A stretch of 63,947 bases of DNA, filler included, from an uncultured bacterium (GTDB taxonomy: Bacteria > CAZSTA01), in assembly GCA_964609495.1 (NCBI GenBank). It is 3 parts of 3 records of this genome, joined end to end, with 100 filler letters (N's around TTAATTAATTAA, not from the genome) between each part and the next. Parts side by side here need not be neighbours in the genome. Positions count along the whole stretch, not along the records: positions 28,451 to 56,534 come from CAZSTA010000025.1; positions 56,635 to 63,947 come from CAZSTA010000185.1; 1 more part is not named here. One strand, given 5' to 3'. Both the position numbers and the translations under genes were made by a program. Of this stretch, positions 49,166 through 59,604 are shown one piece after another. The notes below the pieces were generated by a model that was not told the DNA's origin, searched no databases, and saw only the letters and a list, made by a program, of their open reading frames with translations. Position 1 is the stretch's first letter; each line of letters opens with the position of its first letter.

Positions 49166-52100
49166 CTAGCTATTATATTCTAGCAATCTTCCCACTCGCT
49201 CTAAATAGCTTTCCCTCACCTCTCTTCCTAACTCGAAGGAGATTTGAGGAGTTAGATAATAAAGGTAAACCAGTGGTTCTTCTCCTAATATATCCTTCAC
49301 AGCTCTAGCGTATAATCCCAGTTGCACCGCGTATATTCGGGAATATTCTCTCACTTGTTCAGCGGTGATATCATCCGTCTTAAAATCGACTATTACCCAC
49401 TTCCCCTCTCTATTTTTATATAAAATATCTATTATGCCATTTATGATCTTTCCTCTCCATAGATAATTGAAGGGCAATTCCCTGCGCCTTATCTCAGCCT
49501 CGTTTATCTCATGATACATATCGCTCTTCTGAAAATCAATTAACATTGAAGTAGCTTTCTCAATTATAGATCTTTTATCGTTCTCATCTCTTATTCCCTC
49601 TTTAAGGGAATGTTTTTCGATAAAGTCCTCAAATCCTTCCTCCCCTGGAAATATCCAATATTCCAGGCTACTATGAACGATAGTCCCTAATTTCATTTTC
49701 AGTTCATCTCGATCCTTCTCTTTATCAGACTTAGTTGAGATAGGACTCTTTATTAGGTTTCTAAGGGAGGTCGGAGAATAAAAGATCCTCGCCGATCGAA
49801 TAGAAGAAGATGGCGAAAAGGCTGTCAATGATGGGATCACTGCTTGGGGAAGATCTTGAGATAATTCCGCTGGCTCACCTTCAATAACACATTCCCTATC
49901 CCACAAGCTCGATTCATCCGATAGAGGACTTTCCTCTGAAATTACCTCATAATGCTTGATATATATTTTTCCCCAGGGGAAGGATATATCTCCCTCTCCA
50001 TTATGATCAATATTCAGCGCCCCTAAAATCTGGCTCAGCCAATCGTCCTTACCTCCTGTCTTCCCGCTTATTATTAGATAATCCCTTGCTCTGGTTAAAG
50101 CTACATAGAGAAGGCGGTTGGTCTCAGCTCTATCCATCTCCTCCTCTCTAGCCTCGGCGATAAGGTAAGCGGTCGTCTTGACCAATCTCCCCTCTTCTCG
50201 ATCTAACCTCTTAGCCGCTATTCCATAATCGCGGATTGCCAAGATAGGAGCAAGGGACTTACTCCCCTGCGATATAGCGGTAGGGAGTATTACGATAGGG
50301 AACTCCAACCCTTTAGCCTTATGAATGCTCATCAATCTGACGGCATTATCAACCTCGATCGTCGCTTCTCCTTCCCTATCATCCATCTGAGATAGAGTCT
50401 CCACGTAAGTGATAAACTCACTCAGGATAACCTCTTTTGTGCTTTTCGCTAACTCCAATAGCTTCTCAACATTTCCCCTCCTCCTCGGACCATCGAATAA
50501 TCCAGTTAAAACTGCCGAATATCCGGTCTCCTCCATCGCCTTTAGCAATAGCTCGAAGATGCTTACCTTACCAGCCACTCTCGACAAACGTCGCAAAACC
50601 TCCTCAGCTAATTTCGCTTTTCCCCTTTCCTCCTCCGATAGTCCGTCTAAATTATCTCTAATGGCATCCCAGAAGTGATATCCATTCTTACGCAGGATGT
50701 ATAAACTCTCATCGCTTAGGGAGAAGAGAGGAGAACGTAATATTCCCGCGAGGGATAGATCATCATAGGGATTGTTTAACACCCTCAGGAGATTCAAGAT
50801 ATCCTTCACCTCCTGATGCTCGTAGAAGCCCCTTCCCGAAATAGTTACGAAGGGGATCCCCTCATCCTTTAATGCCTCCTCATAAAGCGGGAAATCGGTT
50901 GTTACCTTGAAGAGCATCGCTATATCGTTATATCGGGCCTCTCGCCATCGGGCATTATCCTCGACTTTGATCCTCTCTATCTCTACAAGCTCCCTAACTC
51001 TACGCGCTAAAGCTCTAGCCTCGGCTTTCCTGATCTCCTCAACCTTGCTCTTATTCCCCTCCTCATCGACTTCGTGGATCAAATGAAGTTCTACACATCT
51101 CTCTGGAGTTCTCTTCTGACGATAGGCAGAGAGTGATTGAAACTCCGCCTCAAAGGGATATGGCTTTCTACCCTCGATCTTGAATATTTGGGCGAAGATA
51201 TGATTGAAGAAGTCCAACAATCTCTTCTGAGATCTAAAGGAGGTATTTAGATTTATCTCGGGTGCTCCTTTCCTCCTCAGCTCTTCTTTTACTTCTTTGA
51301 ATACTGTAACATCCGCTCCTCGAAACCTGTATATCGATTGTTTATCGTCCCCTACCACGAAGAGCCGTCCCTGCTCTTCTCCCATTTCGGTGAGAAGATA
51401 GACTATATCCTTTTGAAGCTCGTTGACATCTTGAAATTCATCCACCATTATCGTCTTTATTTCATCCCTGTAGCGTTTCAATACCTCTGGATATTCTTTC
51501 AACATTCTATAAGCCGATATTTGAAGATCAGCGAAGTCCAAATAATTAGCTTCATCCTTATAAGCTGAGAATCTATCACAAACTTTTCTGTAAAGTCTCT
51601 CCCAAAAAGGAAGCAGGTGAGCAACATATTTATCACCTTCATCTATCTCTCTTGATAATATATCACTTTTATCCTCATATAATTCTCTGATCGTTCTCAA
51701 AGCCTCTTTGATTCTACTTAGATTGTCTTTACTTCCCCAGTTCTTAGCACTTCCTCCGCTAAGATTCATATTGTTTAAGAACTCGCTCAATGATTTAATG
51801 AAGGAGGTTTTATCTTTGTTTAATCCATTCAGAATATCTATTAATGACCGTCTGACAATCTCCATCCTATCAACAGGGTCTAATGCTCTATTATTCCTTA
51901 TGAATTCCACACGATCCTGAATGGAAGGATCGTTGAGAAGTTCGGCAAGTTTCTTATTTTTTAGTTCCTCAAGCTCTTGTTGCCACCTTTGTAAGATCCT
52001 GGAGATGCCATCTGGATTATTTAATTGGTAGCAGGAGAATATTTCGTCGATCTCGTATCTATTATTCACGAAATAATATAGTATATCCCTCACCCTTTTT

Positions 52101-52585
52101 ACCCCATATTCACGCAAAAGTTTTAATTCCTTATCCTCAAACTTCGCCTCGGATAGAACCTCTTCTATAACATCTCCCAATAATATATCCGCATCCACTT
52201 CCTCGATTATATCGAAGCGAGGATCTACCCTAGCTTCGGCTGGATTAGCCCTTAACAAGCTTTCGCAGAAGGAGTGGATAGTGCTTATTCTAGCTCCATC
52301 TAAGCGCTCCTGGTAATAACGCCATTTTTTATATTCGTTCTCTTCAGCCTTCCCATCTTCTTCATTTATCATCTGGCGGATTCTATTCCTCATCTCTCTT
52401 GCGGCTTTCTCGGTGAAGGTTATAGCCACTAATTGCCTCATATCCCAATCCTTAGTCTTCAATAAGTGCATATAGCGATCGACTAGAACCCTGGTCTTTC
52501 CAGAGCCAGCACCAGCGGATACAGCTAGGCTGAATCCCTCAGTAGTTATAGCTTTTTCCTGCTCAGAAGTAAGCTCACCCATCAA
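49166..52585 (-). CDS. addA: ATP-dependent helicase/nuclease subunit A (UvrD helicase + PD-(D/E)XK nuclease)
   Basis: AGAGSGKT, TFTEKAA, VDEFQD, GDDKQSIYRFRGA, HKAKGLE, YVALTRA, GIID...DFKT. Confidence 0.9.
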   Translation of the reverse strand: MMGELTSEQEKAITTEGFSLAVSAGAGSGKTRVLVDRYMHLLKTKDWDMRQLVAITFTEKAAREMRNRIRQMINEEDGKAEENEYKKWRYYQERLDGARISTIHSFCESLLRANPAEARVDPRFDIIEEVDADILLGDVIEEVLSEAKFEDKELKLLREYGVKRVRDILYYFVNNRYEIDEIFSCYQLNNPDGISRILQRWQQELEELKNKKLAELLNDPSIQDRVEFIRNNRALDPVDRMEIVRRSLIDILNGLNKDKTSFIKSLSEFLNNMNLSGGSAKNWGSKDNLSRIKEALRTIRELYEDKSDILSREIDEGDKYVAHLLPFWERLYRKVCDRFSAYKDEANYLDFADLQISAYRMLKEYPEVLKRYRDEIKTIMVDEFQDVNELQKDIVYLLTEMGEEQGRLFVVGDDKQSIYRFRGADVTVFKEVKEELRRKGAPEINLNTSFRSQKRLLDFFNHIFAQIFKIEGRKPYPFEAEFQSLSAYRQKRTPERCVELHLIHEVDEEGNKSKVEEIRKAEARALARRVRELVEIERIKVEDNARWREARYNDIAMLFKVTTDFPLYEEALKDEGIPFVTISGRGFYEHQEVKDILNLLRVLNNPYDDLSLAGILRSPLFSLSDESLYILRKNGYHFWDAIRDNLDGLSEEERGKAKLAEEVLRRLSRVAGKVSIFELLLKAMEETGYSAVLTGLFDGPRRRGNVEKLLELAKSTKEVILSEFITYVETLSQMDDREGEATIEVDNAVRLMSIHKAKGLEFPIVILPTAISQGSKSLAPILAIRDYGIAAKRLDREEGRLVKTTAYLIAEAREEEMDRAETNRLLYVALTRARDYLIISGKTGGKDDWLSQILGALNIDHNGEGDISFPWGKIYIKHYEVISEESPLSDESSLWDRECVIEGEPAELSQDLPQAVIPSLTAFSPSSSIRSARIFYSPTSLRNLIKSPISTKSDKEKDRDELKMKLGTIVHSSLEYWIFPGEEGFEDFIEKHSLKEGIRDENDKRSIIEKATSMLIDFQKSDMYHEINEAEIRRRELPFNYLWRGKIINGIIDILYKNREGKWVIVDFKTDDITAEQVREYSRIYAVQLGLYARAVKDILGEEPLVYLYYLTPQISFELGREVRESYLERVGRLLEYNS

Positions 52586-55500
52586 TCTTCTCCCTCTTCT
52601 GCTTTCTCCGAAGTATAGCGATTCTTACGACAAATGGAGAGGAACTCGCAATATATAGGACATTTCTCATTGGGACGGATCGGAAATCTTCCCTCCCTTA
52701 CCCCCTCGATGTAATTATATATATGTTCCTCAGCTTTTTTCAATAGATCACTCCTTTTAGAATCTCTCTTTAATCGTCCACTCCTCGATCGATCCTTGAG
52801 ATGAAGGAAGTAAGCCTGCTCGACCTTGACTTCTGGGCAGATCGCTTTCTCAACTGCCCAGATATATATGGGCAATTGGAAGTTCCTACCCTTCTCGATC
52901 TCTTTAGTTGTGATATGAGTAGCTCCAGTCTTATAGTCGATAACTCTGCAACTGTTTCCATCAGCACTTAGATCGATACGATCTATATAACCTCTTATCA
53001 GCACCTTTCCTCTTTCTCCCCTAAGCTCTAAGCAAGGCTTACCCTCAAACCCAAATGATTCCTCCAACATATAGGGGATATATTCTTCCTTATCTTTATC
53101 GTTGCTCTCAGCTTCCCTCTCCAGAAATCTCTCCAATCTAAGGAGGAGTTCTTCCCTTTCCTGAAACCACAGAGGAGTCGCTGGGAAGCCATATCTTCGA
53201 GGCGCCTCATCTAATACGGCATTTGCCACCTCGCCTAGAATCTCCTTGACCTGAGATAGATTATCGCTCCCGATCCTTATTCCCTCCTCTATGAAGCAGA
53301 GATAAGTCTCCTTTAAGATCTGATGGTTTAGAGAGCCGATCTGAAGAACATCGATCCCTTCTTCTGGTTCCTCTAGCGATTCTAATCCGAGCAACCTATG
53401 AGCGAAGAATCTAAAGGGACAAGAGCCATATCGATTCAAAGAAGAGACGCTCCAATGGTATCCCTCTCCGAAACGCCTTTTTAATTCCTCCTTTAACTTC
53501 TCCTCCTCAAATATTCCCTCATAGATGTTGTTCATCCTCCTCGACTCTCTCACAATCTCGATCTTCCTTCCCCGAATAACAGTTCGCCAAGGAGGGTAGA
53601 AGAGCAATCCATTATAGAAAGGCCATATCCCCTCTCTATTATCACTCATCCCCTCTGCCACAGATACGCTCAATTCATTCGGAGAGCCAGAATCATCGGG
53701 AATAGGAACACTGCCCAACCTATAGTGATTCCTATGATTTATCTCCAAATGCTTCTCTACCTCCTCAAGATAAGGGGAAGGAGGGAGATCATTCCCTTCC
53801 TCATCCAGATAGAAGCGAGAGAGATATAGTCGCTTACGCCCTCTGGTTATGGCTTCATAGAAGATAGAATTTTCGACAGATGCCAGTTTCATCTCCAGAT
53901 TCAAACCTTCCTCGATCAGTTCCTCTCGCTCCTTATCGCTATAGATAACATCCTCTTGCAAAGTCTTGGGGAACTCCCCTTCAGCTAGTCCCAATAGAAA
54001 GACATAAGAATAGGGAAGACCTCTAGCTTGATATACATCTTGGATGATAACTTTTCCCTCTCTTAATTCATTCACCTGATACTCAGAGGAGCTTATATTA
54101 GCTTTTAACTCATCTAAAAACTCCTGATATGATACTTGCCTGGGGTCGATCAGTTCGGAAGCCCTCACCATACTATCTATAATAGACTTGAAAGCCTCAA
54201 AGGCCGCTAAGTCGCGTTTATATAATCTGCTCTCCTCGATATCGAGGGATTGAGGGAGGGATGATCTTCTATTCCCAAGAGATAATTGCTCCCTGACCTT
54301 CAAGCTATACTCCCCTAATATCTGCATTATGAAGGAATTGAACTCCGCATAACTATCGCTTTCACGGGAATCAGGAGTTACAAAATCGAAGAATCTTTCC
54401 AAGATACCTTTAAGTCGTGCCACTTCCTCAATATAATCCGCTTTGCCTTCTTCCTCATCATCTTCCTTCCCAAGAGATGATCCCGCCTCAGCCAGCTCCT
54501 CCAATATCCTAAGCCAATTCTCCCTCCCCTTGATTATGCCCTGCTCTCGAGAGATTTTGTCCAGAAGGTAAATATCATTTTCTCCAAATCCGAAATCGCT
54601 CAAGTCGAAATAGGGAGAATGAAGTATCTCCAATATCCATCGCCGGGGAAACTCCTCTTCGGATAAAGATAGAAGTAGAAGAAGCTTCTTTATCAGAGGG
54701 TTATCATTTAAAAGCTTCCTCTTGGATATGTATATAGGTAGCTTATATTCCAAAGCTATATTCTCCAGAAGATCAACATAGCCCTCTAACTCCCTACTTA
54801 TTATAGCTATTTCCTCAGGAGGTATTCCTTCCAACAGAAGCTTTTTCATCTCTCGAAGTGCCTCCTTCACCTCTCGATACCGATTGGGGGCTTCCAATAT
54901 ATATACGCTATCTCCAGCTTTACACTTATCATCTCTATCGCTGAGTTCAAACAATCTAGCCTCCAAGTGAGCTAAAGCTGGATGTTGATTATTGGAACGA
55001 GAGGAGAGAGGAACAACTTGGGGAGGAGATAATTCTAATTCGCTTATAATATCTTTATAAGTGCGATTAAAACGACTATGAGCCAGACGATCCCCATCAT
55101 AAGTGAGGGTTATCATAGTATCTTTGGCTCGTTCACTTAAGAGCTTGAGTAGATATAATTGATTAGGATTAAACTGATCGAAGCCATCGACCGCTAACAA
55201 AGTTAGATCGGAATATATATCCTCTCTCTCCTCCAATGATTGAATCGCTAACCACCCTTTACCCTCCCGATCCACCAATCCTTTTTCGATCAGGAATTGC
55301 TGATATAACTCATAGATCGAAGCTAGCTCCCTATCCTTCTCTCTCCTTCTAAGGGCAACCTCCTTGAACCTCTCCGGAAAAACTCGACCTTGCTTTAACT
55401 CTAAGATAAAGCTGGAGAGAGCTCCGATAAAGCCAGGTTTATGAGCAATGCTACCATAATATTTGAGTTTATCATCCCTCTTCAATCTGCTCAATATAGT

Positions 55501-55785
55501 GTGCAAGAGCCTATATCTAGAGGCATTCTCTAAGCTTTGCTGGATGATACCGGCTTTCTCAAGAATGTCTTCGTAAACTGCATCGAATAATCGCAATTCT
55601 AAACCTATAATTCCTGTTAAATTATCACTAAGTAAACGTTTAAGAAAGGATTGTCTCTGGAGATGAGAGGGGAGGATAACTAATATTCGAGCTAAGGGAT
55701 CTTGGGAAGCTCTTCGCTTTATCTCACTTATTATCAGAGATGTCTTTCCAGAAGCAGCAGGAGCAATATAAAGAATCTGGGACAA
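52582..55785 (-). CDS. addB: ATP-dependent helicase/nuclease subunit B
   Basis: PAASGKT, SCPFRFF, GYIDRID, IDYKTG, QLPIY, C...C.F..IC Fe-S cysteines; TTG start after GGAGG. Confidence 0.88.
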   Translation of the reverse strand: MSQILYIAPAASGKTSLIISEIKRRASQDPLARILVILPSHLQRQSFLKRLLSDNLTGIIGLELRLFDAVYEDILEKAGIIQQSLENASRYRLLHTILSRLKRDDKLKYYGSIAHKPGFIGALSSFILELKQGRVFPERFKEVALRRREKDRELASIYELYQQFLIEKGLVDREGKGWLAIQSLEEREDIYSDLTLLAVDGFDQFNPNQLYLLKLLSERAKDTMITLTYDGDRLAHSRFNRTYKDIISELELSPPQVVPLSSRSNNQHPALAHLEARLFELSDRDDKCKAGDSVYILEAPNRYREVKEALREMKKLLLEGIPPEEIAIISRELEGYVDLLENIALEYKLPIYISKRKLLNDNPLIKKLLLLLSLSEEEFPRRWILEILHSPYFDLSDFGFGENDIYLLDKISREQGIIKGRENWLRILEELAEAGSSLGKEDDEEEGKADYIEEVARLKGILERFFDFVTPDSRESDSYAEFNSFIMQILGEYSLKVREQLSLGNRRSSLPQSLDIEESRLYKRDLAAFEAFKSIIDSMVRASELIDPRQVSYQEFLDELKANISSSEYQVNELREGKVIIQDVYQARGLPYSYVFLLGLAEGEFPKTLQEDVIYSDKEREELIEEGLNLEMKLASVENSIFYEAITRGRKRLYLSRFYLDEEGNDLPPSPYLEEVEKHLEINHRNHYRLGSVPIPDDSGSPNELSVSVAEGMSDNREGIWPFYNGLLFYPPWRTVIRGRKIEIVRESRRMNNIYEGIFEEEKLKEELKRRFGEGYHWSVSSLNRYGSCPFRFFAHRLLGLESLEEPEEGIDVLQIGSLNHQILKETYLCFIEEGIRIGSDNLSQVKEILGEVANAVLDEAPRRYGFPATPLWFQEREELLLRLERFLEREAESNDKDKEEYIPYMLEESFGFEGKPCLELRGERGKVLIRGYIDRIDLSADGNSCRVIDYKTGATHITTKEIEKGRNFQLPIYIWAVEKAICPEVKVEQAYFLHLKDRSRSGRLKRDSKRSDLLKKAEEHIYNYIEGVREGRFPIRPNEKCPIYCEFLSICRKNRYTSEKAEEGED

Positions 55786-56019
55786 ATTAAACCTCCTTTC
55801 TCCCCCAAACCAGGGATTTAAAATGTAATGCCCCTTAAACATTTGGTCAAGTTAATAGAATTAGTTCTAATCTGACTTATAGACTTTAAGTTCTTTCATA
55901 GAACACATTTCCCTTACCAACCAAATTGGAAAGAGGCATTACCCTCGGCATAGCCGTGGGATATTAAGTTAACAGTCAATTCGGATATTCAAATACCCAC
56001 CCTTCCCTACCTAAATCGG

Positions 56020-56534
56020 GAGGAGGAATAACAGATATAACTTCTGTTTTGATAGCTTACACATCGGGAGCAGGAGGGACGGTAGCTTTGATCTCCTCCT
56101 TCGCTTTTCCTACTCAGGAACTTTAGGGATGATAGCTTTGATCTCCTCCTTTGCCTTCTCTATCTCAGTCGTCACCACTCCCATCAACTCCTCCTTGAAA
56201 GCCTCCAGATCAGGAGCAGGAGGGACAGCAGATAGAACTTCTGTCTTGATAGCTTCTACATCAGGAGCAGGAGGAACGGTAGCTTTGACCTCCTCCTTTG
56301 CCTTCTCTATCTCACTTGTTACCTCTCCCATCAACTCCTCCTTGAAAGCCTCCAGATCAGGAGCAGAGATAGCAGATAGAACTTCTGTCTTGATAGCTTC
56401 TACATCGGGAGCAGGAGGAACGGTAGCTTTGATCTCCTCCTTTGCCTTCTCTATCTCACTCGTCACCTCTCCCATCAATTCCTCCTTGAAAGCCTCCAGA
56501 TCAGGAGCAGAGACAGCAGATAGAACTTCTGTCT
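56020..56534. repeat. 144-147 bp tandem repeat array
   Basis: GATAGAACTTCTGTCT recurs at 56231, 56375 and 56519; decayed partial copy at about 56020-56107. Confidence 0.9.
56110..56534 (-). CDS. 3' end of an acidic tandem-repeat protein (5' part lost at contig end)
   Basis: 48-49 aa repeats EVLSA.(P)APDLEAFKEELMGEVTSEIEKAKEEIKATVPPAPDVEAIKT; frame open to the linker. Confidence 0.7.
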
Positions 56535-56634
56535 NNNNNNNNNNNNNNNNNNNNNNNNNNNNNNNNNNNNNNNNNNNNTTAATTAATTAANNNNNNNNNN
56601 NNNNNNNNNNNNNNNNNNNNNNNNNNNNNNNNNN
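56535..56634. other. Artificial contig linker
   Basis: N44-TTAATTAATTAA-N44. Confidence 0.97.
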
Positions 56635-56652
56635 TAGTTCAATCTCAGTGTT

Positions 56653-56714
56653 CCCTCTCCCCTCGTGGGAGAGGGATAGGGTGAGGGAGAAAACAAAGAG
56701 GAGGGATAGGTGAG
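56653..56714. repeat. boxC-like dispersed repeat
   Basis: CCCTCTCCCCTCGTGGGAGAGGGATAGGGTGAGGG; shares a 17-bp core with 16009-16025; partial second copy at about 56699-56714. Confidence 0.75.
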
Positions 56715-56722
56715 ACAAGATT

Positions 56723-56760
56723 ATGAGCACAGCCAAGAAACAGTCAAGAACTGTGCTCAT
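56723..56760 (-). terminator. Hairpin downstream of the GH38 gene
   Basis: ATGAGCACAG / CTGTGCTCAT stem. Confidence 0.5.
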
Positions 56761-56787
56761 CATTTAAGATCTCAAATTTCAATACCC

Positions 56788-59490
56788 CTAAAACTTGAAC
56801 TTCAGGGTTATTACCTGCCAGCCCTTAGCCTTGACCCTCACCGTATCGGAATCTTCCACTTCCACCTTCTCAATAGATTCCTCGTTCAGGTTGGTCAAAG
56901 AAGCTTCCTTGATCGGCTTGTAACATTTGACCTTGCCTTCGACTTCTTTATCAGTGGTATTGTAGAATCGGACGATCAAAGCATCATCCTCAGCTTTCTT
57001 GATAGCACTGATAATGAGGTTATCGGGCTCGATGGAGACGAAGCTCAGTTTCTTAGGTAAATTACCCTCGTGCACTCCAGTCTGAACCACCCGGCAAGGA
57101 ATATTATGCTGATGAGCTTGCTTATAGGTCTTGGCGGAGTCCCAAGATCCAGAATGAGGGATGATCGAGTAATAGAAGGTATGCTCGCCTAAGCACTGAG
57201 CTCCCGGAGTATAGGTCGGCCAACCAGCATTTCCCGATCCTCTGGTCAGTAGATCTCCTCTGGATAACGCTCCTACCCCTCTCAATAGAGTCAAAGCGAT
57301 GGTGCGACTCTCATCATCCTTGACCTCATACTCGGGCAAACCTTTGCTAGCGATAGTCAAACCTTTCTTGCCATCATTAACATCCATAAAGGTCTGTTGG
57401 GGATGAGTGGGGATCGGCTCCTCTATAGGATATTCATTAAGATCTGGTCTCTTGATCTTCCTCTTTACCACATCGAACTGACCCTCACCGTAGGAATAAT
57501 CGGTCTCGATTCCCGAGGGGAATAGCGCTCTTATCCTATGATCCTCCGCGTTATTCTCAAAGACGGTCTTGATATCAACGCGACCTGATCCAGCGGAGAG
57601 GCTGACATAAGAGGTGATGGGGCAAGCTACTAACTCCTCACCTCTCGCCTTGTGATCTTCGGTAGCGCTCTTGGGCAACATAAGTTCTACTCTGACCTTG
57701 AAAGTAGCTCTCAAAGGTCCATTTTCCGCTAAGGAGATAGAAGAAGAGAAGCCCAAACTGGATACGATCATATCTCGTAGAGTATAAGAGTAGTTATATT
57801 CATCTCCCACATCGGCAGAATCCTCGAAGGAGTTGCAGTTATCATAGACCGCTCCAGTCCTCTTATCGGTGATGGTTAAAGCTCCATTATCCTTAACGAT
57901 AACTTTCAGAAGCTCGTTCTCCATAACGCGATCGTTCACTTTGACCTCGCTATCGAACTTCTTCACCTGCTCCTCAGGAATGACGCGATAGGTCTTATAG
58001 CCACAAGCGGGGACGTTCTCCACTGGAAGAAGGATGTTGAAGCAAGCGGACTCTATAATACGAGGGAAGTAATACTGACGCATAAACCTCTTGCCATACG
58101 CCTTGGCGTCTATAACTTGATAGGGAACTTCACGACCATCCTCATCCTTAATGATGAAGCCTCGCACCCTCTTATCGTAGATATGATCCTTAATCTCTTC
58201 ATCGGAACCGAGAGTCAGGTCTGGCATTACAGAGTCGGACTGCATTAAGAAGTCGAGCTGGGCAGGGACGACATCCTTGCACTCCCAACCCAGAGGATTG
58301 AAGACCACCAAGTTCTGATCTTCCGTCTCCTCATCGGAGGTATCGATCTTATTGACCGTGAAATTCAGGCTTCTATCGGTTAGCTCATCAGCTATCTCCT
58401 TTGACCAGGAGAACCTCGTCATCATCTGCTTATGGACATCATCGGTGCTACAGCCACATATCGAATCGTGGGGATGGTTTCTAATCAGATAACGCCATGA
58501 CTTCCAGAGAAGTCCACTAGGATACTCCTTGCCCAGTAGCCAAGCGAAAGCACAGGATGGTTCAGCCCATTTCTCCAACTGAGTCTGGCACTCCTCGTTC
58601 CTCTGCTTGATATACATCCTAGCGGAATACACACCGTTTAGGAGGAAGGCGTACTTATATCCGAAACGTAGCTCTCCCTTTTCCGTAGTCAACTGAGGCT
58701 GAGCTTCCTTGATCTTCTGAATATAATCTATAAGATTGCTGTGGACCAACACCGCGTTGTCTAACCTCTTGTTCGTCTCTCTGATGATCGTGGATAGATC
58801 GGGCTGAGGCTCGACGTGATCGACCCCGTTTAAGAGCAACAGATAACGAGTCGTGGCTCTGGGAACTACCTCCTCCATTATCCGCTTCACTCTGGCTTCA
58901 GATTGCCCAGGATCAGAGGGCAATTTCAGGGCATTACAATACCCCATTCGGGGTAGATGTAACATCAACACCCTCGAGCCATCGGGAGACTCCCAGTGAT
59001 ACTCCGATTTATCCTGCCCCGGCTCTCCTCCAAAGCCTCTCCAGAGAATAACGTTATCGATTCCGAAGCCCTGCAGGATCTGTGGCAGTTGGGAGAGGTG
59101 ACCGAAGGGATCGGGAATATATCCAGCCTTCATAACCGCTCCGAACTCGGAGGCTATCCTATGTCCCAACATTAAGTTGCGAACGGTCGCCTCGGCGCTC
59201 ACCAAGAACTCGTCAGGCAAGATATACCAGGGACCAACGAAGATCTTGCCCGCTTTGATATAATTCTCTAATCTCCCTCTATTCTCCGGCTTGATCTCCA
59301 GATAATCCTCTAATACTACAGTCTGACCATCTAGGGTGTAATACTTATATTCTGGGTCTCCATCCATTATATCCAACAGGTTATCTATCAGATCCACCAA
59401 TCTGACCCTAAACTGTTGGAAGGTGAGATACCACTCTCTATCCCAGTGAGTCTGCGATACTACATGAAGTTCATATTTCTCATCGCCCAT
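56788..59490 (-). CDS. Glycoside hydrolase family 38 alpha-mannosidase (MngB-like)
   Basis: THWDREWY, LDGQ, GPWY, PDPFGH, GVDH, HDSICGCS. Confidence 0.95.
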   Translation of the reverse strand: MGDEKYELHVVSQTHWDREWYLTFQQFRVRLVDLIDNLLDIMDGDPEYKYYTLDGQTVVLEDYLEIKPENRGRLENYIKAGKIFVGPWYILPDEFLVSAEATVRNLMLGHRIASEFGAVMKAGYIPDPFGHLSQLPQILQGFGIDNVILWRGFGGEPGQDKSEYHWESPDGSRVLMLHLPRMGYCNALKLPSDPGQSEARVKRIMEEVVPRATTRYLLLLNGVDHVEPQPDLSTIIRETNKRLDNAVLVHSNLIDYIQKIKEAQPQLTTEKGELRFGYKYAFLLNGVYSARMYIKQRNEECQTQLEKWAEPSCAFAWLLGKEYPSGLLWKSWRYLIRNHPHDSICGCSTDDVHKQMMTRFSWSKEIADELTDRSLNFTVNKIDTSDEETEDQNLVVFNPLGWECKDVVPAQLDFLMQSDSVMPDLTLGSDEEIKDHIYDKRVRGFIIKDEDGREVPYQVIDAKAYGKRFMRQYYFPRIIESACFNILLPVENVPACGYKTYRVIPEEQVKKFDSEVKVNDRVMENELLKVIVKDNGALTITDKRTGAVYDNCNSFEDSADVGDEYNYSYTLRDMIVSSLGFSSSISLAENGPLRATFKVRVELMLPKSATEDHKARGEELVACPITSYVSLSAGSGRVDIKTVFENNAEDHRIRALFPSGIETDYSYGEGQFDVVKRKIKRPDLNEYPIEEPIPTHPQQTFMDVNDGKKGLTIASKGLPEYEVKDDESRTIALTLLRGVGALSRGDLLTRGSGNAGWPTYTPGAQCLGEHTFYYSIIPHSGSWDSAKTYKQAHQHNIPCRVVQTGVHEGNLPKKLSFVSIEPDNLIISAIKKAEDDALIVRFYNTTDKEVEGKVKCYKPIKEASLTNLNEESIEKVEVEDSDTVRVKAKGWQVITLKFKF

Positions 59491-59549
59491 CTTAAATGAT
59501 ATTCCTCCTCTACAATAATAATTTGAAACCTACAGAGAAAGTGACTCAT

Positions 59550-59584
59550 AAAACAAAAACCCCTCGCTTGTCCTAGGGAGGGGC
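59550..59584 (-). terminator. Rho-independent terminator
   Basis: CCCCTC / GAGGGG stem followed by TTTTTGTTTT on minus strand. Confidence 0.6.
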
Positions 59585-59604
59585 ACCTCTTCGAACGATC
59601 TGCC

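Noticed and set aside
56020..56534. Repeats as a CRISPR array or DGR template/variable pair
   Set aside because: Units are contiguous in-frame coding repeats without spacers; differences are not adenine-specific; no cas or reverse transcriptase gene is in the window
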